64,000 bases of DNA. It comes from Monocercomonoides exilis PA203. Its lineage: Eukaryota > Protista > Preaxostyla. The notes beneath the pieces were generated by a model. That model was given only the letters and a program-made list of their open reading frames with translations, was not told where the DNA came from and made no database searches. This document shows, piece after piece, positions 25,101 to 36,900 of this stretch (the stretch's first letter is position 1; each line of letters starts with the position of its first letter). A program made the position numbers and the translations under genes. The stretch lies in assembly GCA_001643675.2 (NCBI GenBank), contig LSRY02000010.1, positions 744,001-808,000 on the forward strand, written 5' to 3'.

Positions 25101-28100
25101 TTCTGCTTCTTCCAGATCTTCTTCCTCCTCCTCCTCTTCTTCCTCTTCTTCCTCTTCTTCCTCCTCCTCTTCTAATTCTTCAGCCTCATCTCCATCCTCC
25201 TTTATCTCCTCTTCCTCTGCCCCTTCCTCCTCTTCTTTATCTCGTGCTTCAAAGACTCCTCATCATCTTCTGCAGTCAATTGCCTTCACCCCAAGCAAAA
25301 CTGAACACAATCTGAAGAGTTCACCAAGAAATGCTTCTCTTCTGCTTCCTTCTCTTCCTTCTTCTCATTCTTCTTCTCATTCTTCTTCTTCTTCTATGCC
25401 TTCTTCTTTACCATCCCCATCTCCTTCTTCTTCTTCTATTCATCATTCTCCTCTCTCACACACCCCTTCACACAGCATGATTGTTCAGCATCCTTTTCCT
25501 TCATCATCATCATCATCATCATCTTCTTCTTCTTCTCTTTCTCCTCCTCCTGCGTCTTCTCCTTCATCTTCTCCATCATCATCGTCATCATCAACATCAT
25601 CATCAGAATCCACTCATCAATCAAACCCTCCATGGGATTCTCCTCCTCTTCGTCGTCTTCTTCTTCTTCCTCCTCCTCCTCATTTATCTTCTCAGCCTCT
25701 TTTCTCAAGAGAACACAGACTCCATAGCATTCGTTCTTTTTCTTTACGTTCGCCTTCTTCTTCTTTCTCTTCTTCTGCTGCAAATGCAACAAATACATCG
25801 ACATCATCTGGATCTTCCTCTACTGATTCATCTTCTTCAATATCATCATCATCATCATCATCATCTTCTTCTTCTTCTTCTTCTTCTTCTTCTTCCTTCT
25901 CTTCTTCTCTTTCTCCTTTTGCTCACACTCCTCACTTCCCTTCCATTTCTCATGTTCGCTTTGCTTCTTTTGCTCCTTCTATTCCCTCTCTTCCCTCTCT
26001 TCCCTCTTCTTCCTCTTCTTCCTCTTCTTCCTCTAATCCTTCTATTCCCTCTAATCCTTCTATTGCCTCTATTCCTTCTTCTCCCACTCTTCCTTCTTCT
26101 TCTTCTTCATCTTCTCGCTCTTATCGTGCTGTCATGCCCCGCCGCCACGTAAACGCCCAAAGAAGACGAAGAGATGCTGAATCCAATTCTTCTGCTAATT
26201 CTGCCCATTTTTCTGCTTCTTCTCCTTTCTCATCTGCCCAGCTGAATCAAAGAAGAACTCCAAACATTCACTTTAGAAACACTCCAAATGCTGACCCGAC
26301 CGAAATTCGCCGATTCTTCTTCCCTCCTTCTGCTTATTTGAGGAATCTTTACTCCAACTCTTCCACAGCTCCTCCTCCTCCTCCTCCTCCTCCTCCTTCC
26401 TTGTCTGCTTGGGACGCTTCTCCTTCCTCCTCTTTCTCTTCCACCCCAACTGTTCCTCTCTCTCCTGCCTACGACTTCTCTGCCCTTTCTTCTCTTTCCT
26501 CTTCAGCCTCACCAAACTTCTACGCTGCAGCCGCCGCTGCTGCTTCTGCTAATAGCTCTAATCTTCCTCCTTTCCTCCACCACATTCCTGAGTCTCCTGT
26601 TTCCTATGGCACAGATGAATTCCCAGGAGACGTCTTTTCTGTTCCTTATTCACTCTCCATGCTCATGCAACAAGGGCAAGCACAGCCATTGAACATGCCT
26701 TTCTCTTCTCTCTTTTCATCAACTTTGTCTTCTTCTCCCTCTGCTTCTTCCATCGTCTCTTCGTCTTCAGCTGCTGCTTCTAATTCATCTGGCAGTAACT
26801 CTTCCACTTCTCCTTCTCTCTCGCAGTTCTCTTCAAATCGGTTGTTCCTTTCTATTTTAGGCTCAATGAACAGAAATGCACAGTTTCATGGTGATTCTTT
26901 GTTTCCATCTTCAGAACGTTCTTCTTCATTTGCTTCTTCTTCCTCTTCCTCTAATACATCTCCTCATGTTATTCCTCTTATCTTTCTATCTCCTTCTTCT
27001 TTCCTCTCTCCATTTGACCAACAGCTTCATCCATCCACATCCTTCGTGATTTCAGACACAAATGAGCCATGCTATTTCAGCAATGACTATGAAGGCAATG
27101 GTATTCTTGGTGGAGATGCGTATCAGATTGGAAGTGATGAAACATTCAGCCGAAGGAACAATACAGACAGTCGGAGCGATAGTGAGAATTCTGACAATGA
27201 AGAAGAAGAAGAGGAAGATGATGAAGAGGAAGAAGAAGATGATGATGTGGAAGAAGAACTTGAATGCTCTTGGAATAAAGGAAAATTCAAAGAAAGCGAG
27301 GATTTATTTGAGAGTGATATAAGTGAGGAGTTTGGTGAAGACTCTGGAAGCAATCAATTGAGAAATAGAAGATCTGTTTCAAATAAAAGAGAAATGAATG
27401 AAACTTATTCTCATTCACAAATGACAAGGCATTCAACGGATAGAATTTCATCAAACGATAATGTTCCGAATCATAAGAACGAAATGTCCATTGAAGATTC
27501 TGAAAAGCAGGATGAACTTGATGATTCCTTTTCCACTGATTCGAACAGAGAGTTAAGAAGAAGGAGAAATCAGGTGGAATTACTGAAAATGAAAATGGCA
27601 ACACCAACAGAAAGCAAAAAAAGATCAAAAGACAAACAAAAAGGATATAAAAAATCACCAGCAGAAAAAATGGTTGCTGTTCGGAGGAGCAAAAGAAAAG
27701 AGATGGCTTTGATGGAAAGAGACAGAATGATGGATGAAGTTAACCTTTTGAGAATAAACCGTATGCTTTGTGCTAATGTTAGTATTTGGAATTGAAAATG
27801 CTTATTTGAAATGATTTGATGAAATTTTGTTATTTTCTGAAAGAAATTATTTTTCGTTTTTTAATTTTTATGATAAAAATTTTTAACTCTTTTCCCCTTC
27901 TATTTTACAAATTTGATTCACATTTTCCATTTAGGGTATCTGCTTCAAATACACAAGTTCAGTTCCTTTATCTCCACAACAGCTGCAATGCAATCTCTTT
28001 CATTGTTTCTCCGCTCTATTCACACTCCTTTTTTCTATCAATCAAAGTTGTGTCAGAGCACATTGATTGACGACTTGAAAGTCATTCTGAACAATCAGTT

Positions 28101-31100
28101 GATTGGAAGGGTGTATATTGAAGAGCGCAAAAGATACATTCGAGAAAAATATCTTGCAATGCTGTCGAATCAGTTGGAGGAGAAGAGAAAGAAGAAGATG
28201 GAAGAAGAGAAAGACAAAATAAAATCAGGAAATGATGATGCAAGTGCAAGTTCTGGCATTGACCGCACATTTTCATTTGGGATGAGAAAAGATGATGAGT
28301 CGCATGGAAACAATCAAAAACAGCTAATTGCTCAAAAAGAAAGAGAAAGAGAAAAAGAAAAAGAAAGACTTTCTGTGACATTTGCTACAACTGGATCGCA
28401 AAAGCAATTCACAGCTGTAACACCGGCACAATCATTATCTATTCAAACAAGACAATCATCAAATAACTCAGACATTGTGAGAGCATTTATCTCAAAAAAC
28501 AGTACACATAACAGAAGTTCACATCCTTCATCGGAATGCTATCTAATTGGCAGCTATTCTTCAGCACAGATGAAAAATGCTTTGCGAAAGCTATATCCAA
28601 CAAAGCGCGGGGCAACAGAATCAACACAACCTCATTTCGATGCACAGAAAGAAGAGGCAACATTGAATGTGAATTTCAACTTGATCTGTCTGCTGCTGAT
28701 GAGACTGGTGGATGAGTCGACGAAGATGGCAAATGTTGTCATTGAAAGTGGCATTTTGAAGGAGATTGTTCTTCTTCTGCTTTATCTGAAGCCCAACCAG
28801 CTGACTGTTTACCACTCAGATCTGTTCTCTTATCTCGCGACTGTCACAGACTCCCTCTCAACAAATGCACTTTCTCATTTTGATGATACAGAAAATGCGA
28901 ATTCTTCTCGAAATAAGAGCTTGAGTTGTCTTACACATGGGCAGAATTCACGTTCTAATGAAATGATAAGGCCATCCTCAATTTTCCCTTCTGTCTTTCT
29001 GTCTTCTTCAAGCAAAAAGGATCCAATTCGTTCAACAGAGACAAAGAATGACATCATCAACAGATCAACAAAAATCCTATCATATTCAATAGTTGAAGTT
29101 CTCCTTCGTTTTATTTCTCTTCCGCTTCTTCCAAAACAAAATGCCAAAAAAGCAAATGTTTATGCTACGTCGCATCAATCTAAGCAATCAGGCAACTCAT
29201 CTTTGAAGTTTGGCAATCAAAAGCCCAAACAAGTTTTCAGAAACAGTTCAATCACGCAAAGATATTCATTCCGCACTCAGTCTTCAAGTCAAACAAGGCC
29301 AACTTTCTCGTTTTCTCCAGAACAACGAAATAACTCTTCGTCATCTTCCTCCTCCTCTTCTTCATTCTCTCTTTCTAATTCTTCTCCATCTCCTTCACAT
29401 TCTCCTTCTTTTACTCCTCCTTCTCCTTCATCCACCCCAACATCTTCATCGTCTTCTTCAGCCAGTTCAACCTCTCAAACAAATGCACTTTCAATTGCCA
29501 CACAAGCTGCATTCACTCTGTTTTCTCTGATATTTCCGTGCAGCACATTCTGCCTCCACCCAAAGCAGCATGTTGAGACGATAAAGAGCCAAATATTCGA
29601 ATGTCCATCTGCTTGGGAGCTGTCTACAAGTGAAGAGGAACTCAAGAGGGAAGAGGAAGAAGACAACAAAGAGTTTCAAAGAGAAAGCGAGCAGAAGAAA
29701 AAAGAAGAAGAGGAAAAAGAGAGAAAAATTCGGGAAGAGAAAGAAAGAAAACAGAAAGAATTGGAAAAGGAGATGGAAAAAGAAAAAGAAAAAGAAAGGG
29801 AGAAAGAAAGGGAAAAAGAGAAGGAAAAAGAGAAGGAGAAGGATAAACATCTGAATCCGGGCAATATGAGAAATAATTTAATGAACAGGGCGAATAGGAT
29901 ACGTCAACGTGCATCAGAAGCAGAAGAAAGCAGAAACAGAGACATTAGCCACATGTTTTTTGGGAGGCGAGAAAGAGAAAGAGAAAGAGAAAGAGAAATG
30001 GTATTCGCACGAAATAGAAATCGACCAACTTACCCTTATTTGAACATGTTTCTGGTGCCGTACCACGAAACAGAGGAGAAAGAGTACGAGAAGAGAGAAA
30101 GAAGCAGAGCAGCGCATTTTGAAGAGCTGGAGAGGAAGAAGATCAAAAGACAGAAAATGAGAGTGAGAAAGGAGAATGAACAGAAGAACTGGGGAATGTG
30201 TGTTTTGTTGGAGGCTATGCAGTACAATGATCCTTCTTCATCATCAAATGGATCAACAACTGTTTCTTCTTCTTCTTCCTCTTCTTTCCATTCTTCGTCG
30301 TCGTCGTCATCATCATCTGCCGCATCAACATCCTCCTCGCCATCTTCAGTCACAGATCCAGAAACACCACAGCTGATACAGACTTCTTCCTCTTCCGCTC
30401 CAAATTCAACTTCTCTTTCTCTTTACATCACTTTGTGTGTATATGAACTGTTTGACACTCAAACCATTGAGGTGCCCCAGAAGAATAAGGATAGTTCTAT
30501 TTCTTTGACATCTTCGCTTTTAAGCCCATCTTCCAGAATCCACTTTTGGAGGATGGTTTTGTCAACATCCGCACTGTGTCTTCATGTTCGGAATGTGGCT
30601 TTTTTGCAGTTAGTACGCTTTGCAGCCAACGAGGGTTTGCAATTTTCATTGACTATTCTCTTTTTGTAATCGTAATTCTGATTCTTATTAAAATTTTTTG
30701 CTTTATTTTCAAATTCTATAAATTTATAAAAAAATTGTCTTTAACTTCTTTTGTGGTGTGTCTTCAACTTGCTTCTGGATCTTTGCATATAAAACAGAGA
30801 ATTGGCCTGCTTTGATGAGTGGAAAAACAGATTTCCGCTCTTTTTGCCCTCAAATCACGTATGCATAGCTATGAACATTCATTGACATTTTTTTGTATTT
30901 CTTGAATTTGATGAAATTTTTGAGAGATGATGACGTTTTTGTTCTCAAAGTTATTAACAAATTCATTATTAATTTTTTTTTGATTTGCATATTTTTATTT
31001 CAAAATGATCAGCAAACTGGAGAATATTTCAACCCTTGCACTGTTTGTATCTTGCGTACCGGATGCCTTTCTTCAGGAAATGTTCAACTCTGGTCTTCTC

Positions 31101-32900
31101 TTCCATCTCAACGACTTGGGTAAAGTGATCCCATCACGTGATCGTGAAGGGCTGTTTCTATTGATAGCAGCAATTGTAAAGAGATGCCCTTCTTTTTCGA
31201 GAAAGGTTGTAGACTCAAATCTCATGCTGCTGCTCTACTACACACTTGGCTCACGGGCACCAAACGACGCTTCTGTTGTGTCGTTTGCTCCGCCAACATC
31301 TCGTTTGCCACCAAAGAACTCGGGAATATCAACATATTCATCCTCAAAAACAAACCCATTTGAACAGAATATGATGAAAATGATTGTTGTGCGCTCGCGT
31401 TTTGAGCTAGTGATGGCCTTTCATCACATCTCGCACTATTCAGCTGCAGCTGCTTTGTCTCTTGCACGCAAAAACTGCTTGTGCCAACTGCTCGTTAATG
31501 TTATCAGCCCTGACGCTGTGATACAGTTCTTTGCGCTTTCAACATGCATTCGATCAGTTTTTTACTTGTTCATCTTTGGTGACTTGAATGAATCTGGATG
31601 TTGCTCGGCTTCGCCAACTATTACTCCCTCTTCTTCAAGTGCAATGCAAACATCAAATAGATCTCAGTCTAAGTCTAAGTCTGTGACTTTTGGCTCTTCT
31701 CCACCACTAGCATCTTCATCAACTGAATCATCAAATGTGACTCAAAGTTCAGTTCCAGTCTCGTTGGCTTCTGTTGATACTTCATCCAACGTTAATTTGC
31801 AATTGAATTCAAGCGCATTGGAGTTGTCATCTTCAATTCCCACTAGTCAGTTGCGTGTTGATACTTCTTTGTCTCCTCAGCAGGTTTCTGATGCTTCGAT
31901 TGATAGCTCTCCAGATTCTTGCTCTAGTACTCAAATGAACTCATTGTCTGTAAGCAGTGACAACGTGTTCTGCGACTCTTCAAGTGATTTCCATCCTTCA
32001 ATTACATCAACATTGTCTAAAAACAAACGGACTTCTTTGCATCATCATCCTTTCCGGTTAAGCTCTCCTCAAAGCTCATTTTGCTCTTCAGCAGCTCTTT
32101 CAACTTTCTTTCACACAGCATCGGCTTATCCAGTCTTTGACAGATTGGTTGAGTTTCTGATTTCGGATTATCAAAACACTGACAACACCGTCTCTCACTT
32201 GGTTGCTATGCTTTTCGCGTTTCACAAAGAATGCTGGAACAAAAAGATTCCCAATTCAGTCGCCATTCCAGACGATCATCCTTGTTTCGAGCTATTTCCG
32301 TGGCTTACACGCCAGTCTAACACATCTTCTTTTGGAAAAGACATTCAGAAACTGTCCAATCAGCAGCAATCTTCTCGTCCTCCTTATGTTCTTCATTTGG
32401 TTTTACAGAGACTTCGATGCATCTGCTTTTCTTCTTTTGTTTTCTTTCAGCCACTTTCCCTTGTTCTCTTAGCACAACTGTTGAAGCGAAATCGTATGAT
32501 ATTTTTGATTAATTAGTGAAAATTTATTTTTCATAAAAAATTGTAATCTGTATTTGCTTATTGCTTCATTTATTTTTCAATTTTTCGAATTTTCAGCTCA
32601 TCTTGCAACTCCCATGTTTGTATCGAAGGAGCTTGTATCAACTCTTATTCACTTGATGCAGTATGTATTATTTCGTTTCTTTTTTTGACTTAACCATTTT
32701 GACAATTTTTTCCCCTCAACATTAGATCTCCAACAACAGCTGTCTCAATAGCTTCAACAGTGCTGCTCCAAACTCTTAAAACTATTTCTTCTTCTTTTCC
32801 TATTGATAATGATCAGGAGTTAATGCTTGCTGAAATTGCATCTGAACAGTTGCCAACGCCTCTTTTGCTGAGTGAATGGATAATTCTGAACTCTTTTTAG
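13801..32900 (+). CDS. Giant (~6,000 aa) protein-kinase-domain protein, probably a pseudokinase, with a huge Ser-rich region and a helical ARM/HEAT-like C-terminus; about 11 exons
   Basis: GKGHLG, VAMK, HGNLKPEN, DYG, YIAPE and SDMYSCG in exons 13801-15271. Subdomain XI (NPNMRLTA) starts the 15487-27760 exon. Frame-preserving GT-AG introns at 27761-27934, ~30635-30797, ~30859-31012, ~32494-32596 and ~32661-32725 link ORFs 27913-30669 and 31005-32516 to a TAG at 32898-32900. Confidence 0.72.
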
Positions 32901-33942
32901 ATGCTCATATTGTGCAATTAATGAATGTGAAATTCTCTTTTTTGTTGAATTATTGTTCAAATAGATATATTCGGTTTTTCTTGTAAAATAGGTTTTTAAT
33001 TTTTTCATTTAAAAGTACCATTGAATCTCAACATAAGCGTTTTGTTTTGAATCTTGAAAGTTCGAATCTAATCTGAAAAAGAAGAGAAACGTGAAAAAAA
33101 TGGATAAATGATTGAAAATGATCGAAAATAAGATTAAACTTACAACAGATGCATTATAATGTGCCGGATAAACATTATAAGATAACGTTAACAATGCTTG
33201 TCACAACACATGCATTCAACAAAAAGAGACTTTCTAATTGAACTGAAAGGAATGACTCAAAATAATTGTTTTTGATAAAAACATATCAAGTAAAAAATAT
33301 TCTTATTCAAACCGCAATACATATAGAATTCATCAAAACAACAAAAACTTTCGGTTAATGACATGTGAAAGTTTTCACTTGATAAACAGAAAATTGCGTG
33401 TTGCATAATGCCACTAAAATAAGATCAAAAGTATGGGTTTAACATAAATATTCAATAATAAACTGAGAAAATATAACATAATCATTCAAAGCAAACAATT
33501 ATCGATTTTAGCGAAATACATTGATATCACAAAAAAGTCAATTATGAAGAGAGGATGCATAAAGCCAAGAAACAGTTGACAACATAATTATGAAATGCAG
33601 AAATGGTGAAAAATAAAATTGTAAATGAAAGTCAATTTAAAATCTGGTTGCCAAAGATATGTACGTCAAGCGTATGATATCATTTAGTGAATTTCGAAAT
33701 TGAGAAATATTATTTTGGAAAATATTTACAAAAATTTAAAAGTGAAAATTCTCTTGAAATAAAATTAAGCTTCTATCACTAACAAAGCCAAGAAAAGCAA
33801 AGCATACATATATAATGTTCAAAAGATGAATCAAAATAGTTAAAAAAATACAGAAAATGATGCAAGCTTTAACAACGAAAAGAAAAAAAAATATCAACCA
33901 AAAACAATTTCAACTCACAAATAAAAAGAAAATGAACAAAAA

Positions 33943-36900
33943 CTAATTCAACTTGTTCAATCGAGAAATGACTTGCTCAAAATTATGCTTTTCGATAATA
34001 GTTGCATTTTGTCCATTATAAAAATCATTAACATATCGAGGTACGTTTGCACCCTTTTTATTCATATAGATGTCCGAAGGAATATTTGTACCAGATGCTT
34101 GAATAAACGTAGACAATTCCCTATCTGTCGCATCCATTTCATCTTTCACAATAGATTGATATAACAGATTGACTTCAGATGCATGTGGCTTTTCATTTTG
34201 GAATTTTTGGTATAACTCAACCATCTTTCTATAAATCCAAACATGAACAACAAAGTGCTGATTTCTAGCTTTAGAAGGCAAATTGAAGTATTCCATTAAT
34301 GCCTCTTCAATTGCACAATGTTCTCCAAATAATGCAAGAATAGATTCCATTTCCCGAGAAAGTTTTGAACGTGCTGTGTTCTCCTTCATATCCGCAAGAA
34401 GCGATCCAATTGATTCAATGATATTGCGATGAAGAGTGTCCCATTGTTCAATGCCGATGTTCATTTCTTCTTTCCATTGCACAAACAAAGATGATGTCGA
34501 AGAGATGTCACTCAAACTTTCACTTAATTCAGCAACCTTTGAAATTGAAGAAGGAAGTGAAAGATAGAAACCGCAGGCAATGACAATCATAAACACTGCA
34601 ATGGTGATAAACAATATCAAAAGAACCCTCGAAGAACTGCTCACGAACTGATCCAGCATTAATGTGTAGTGATTGGTCATTAAATTGATGCCATTTTTAA
34701 GATCAGCAGTGACAGATTTTATCATATGCTGATAGTTCACATCATAATAGCTGAAAGAACTCTCACTCATTTGAGTCAAGGAACTGGCAGCATCAATAAA
34801 ACGCGAGCAAAGTTCCTGAACTCCGTGGTATGTTCCAATAATTCCAGGAAGACGATCAGCAGGGCAGCTAATGTTGATGCCTTTTTCAGAAATGCAATCG
34901 CAAGTTCCAGAAGCCAAGCTGTCAAGTTCTTTGTCACTCCCTTGCATTCGTTGGATGGCAAACAAATTGATAAGTTCATCTCCAGTAGATGGAGAGTCCT
35001 TTGTGCCAGATGTCACAATCGCATTGATTTCGTTAAAGTGCTGTGCTAATTTATTGATTGTATCTCGAAGAGAATTTCTTGATTCGCAGAAACGGTTGGA
35101 TTTCAAAGCAGGAGACGTAAACTCGGAAAATTCCCTTGTAAGTCCAGGATCAATCAATGGATATGTCGCACTTGAAAACATCATTGAAGCAAATCCAGAC
35201 ATCTGGACAAGGACAACTGCACGATATCCATTGAGAACAATTCCAGCTGTAATTGTTTCAAATCTTCCAAATAAAATAATTCCCACAATAAAATAAGCAG
35301 AAGAAGAAGCGACAAGGAGGATTGTGCCAACAATAATACGAAACCAAATGCTTTTCGGTACAATGTCGTTTAAGTGTGATAGTCTTGAATCAACATCAGC
35401 CATTCTCTGCTCTGCCTTTCTTTTTTCTTCTGCTTCCATCTCCGCAGCTGTCTGAAGCTCTATTCCTTTTCTAACGTGCTCATCCATACCTTTACGCTTC
35501 TTTCCTTGTTTGCCATTGTTTCCATTCTGTTCATCCTCAGAGTTTGAAGAGCTTGAATCCGAACTATCATTAGAGCTGGATGAATAACTGTCAGATGAAC
35601 TTTGAGAGTCATTTTCCAAGTTGAACTTGGAATTTGTGTGTTTATGATGTTTCTTTTTGTAGCTATGGCTTTTCTTGTGAGATAAAGGATTATGCATCAA
35701 AAGATTTGTTTCACTAGACATGGGAAATGATGTTAATGAAGGAAATGAGATCATTGATGAAGGAGAAATGAGAATGGAATGCATATCATTCTTAGAAACA
35801 GGAGATAATTGTGTTGCTGTTGATGTTTTAATACCATTATGAGATTCAGATTGTTGAGAGCTTGTGGAACGTCCTGTGATAGCTTTCTGGTCTTGTGCAT
35901 CTGAAGAAAGCGTATCATCTGCAATTGGACAGAGACTCCACTGCGAGGCAACATTAGTCAACGAAGGATAAACAACAGGAGAAATAGGTTGCTTTAAATT
36001 AGTAGTCTGAGAAGTTAAGGAAAAATCATTGCGCATCGAAACTGCAGAAATTGCAGAAACAGCAGAAATGACATCGCGAGAACTTGCAGAAAGATTGCCC
36101 TGCGAATCCAAAGAGGCTGCTCCTGGAATTGTAAGATATGATTGAAACCCAGAATCTGTTCTCTTCGTCATTCTCATTGATCTATCCATCGACTTATCGT
36201 TTTGATCTTTGAGAGAATTGGTATGTGCATTTTGAGGCTGTGGCTCTTCTTTTGAGCCTTGTTTGCTTGTGTCCTTTTCATCGGATGTTTCATTTGATTG
36301 CTTTCCCTCCAACTTGTCCACAATCTTTTGGGCATCTTCTGGGGAACAGTCACACAAATTTCTGAGTTGTTTCTTTCGCTGCCTCATTAAATGTCGAATA
36401 AGCATAAACAAAGGCAGAAAAGTCATGCAAATATTCAGAATTACGCAGATGCATAAAAACAACACAAAAAGCATAGTTGCCTGAGACATAATCTTTGAAG
36501 TCTCCACAAATGAGTCAGCACTCAGACTTTTAAGCTTTTCTGAAAGAACGAACGGGACGTTAAATGTAAATGCACACGATATAGATTCCATCCTTGCGAG
36601 CGTGACTGATTGCAGATCAATATCACTGAACATCTCAGAGATTATATCATGTGCCCAGCTGATGAGTGATATCATTGTCAGCTTCTTGTCTACGATGGAA
36701 TCAACAACATACTGCGAATTCAAAGAAGGCTCCAGCCAGATGTTATTGCTCTGCTTCCATCTTTCTTGATTGTAGGAGTTTTTATAAAACCCTGAGAATT
36801 GCCCATACGATTCCTGTTCTGCTTCCAGCGCGCTCAGCTTTGTGGATCGGAGTTCCGTAACAAGTTGGTCCATGCTGAGGCCAATGTCAGAACGGTTTGT

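Noticed and set aside
15545-27658. Numerous overlapping and antisense ORFs (poly-Leu, poly-Glu, poly-Lys/Arg, poly-His)
   Set aside because: They are shadow frames of the (TCT/TCA)n and (GAA)n repeats, which lack stops in alternative frames. The same applies within the TBC, ABCC and PP2C genes.
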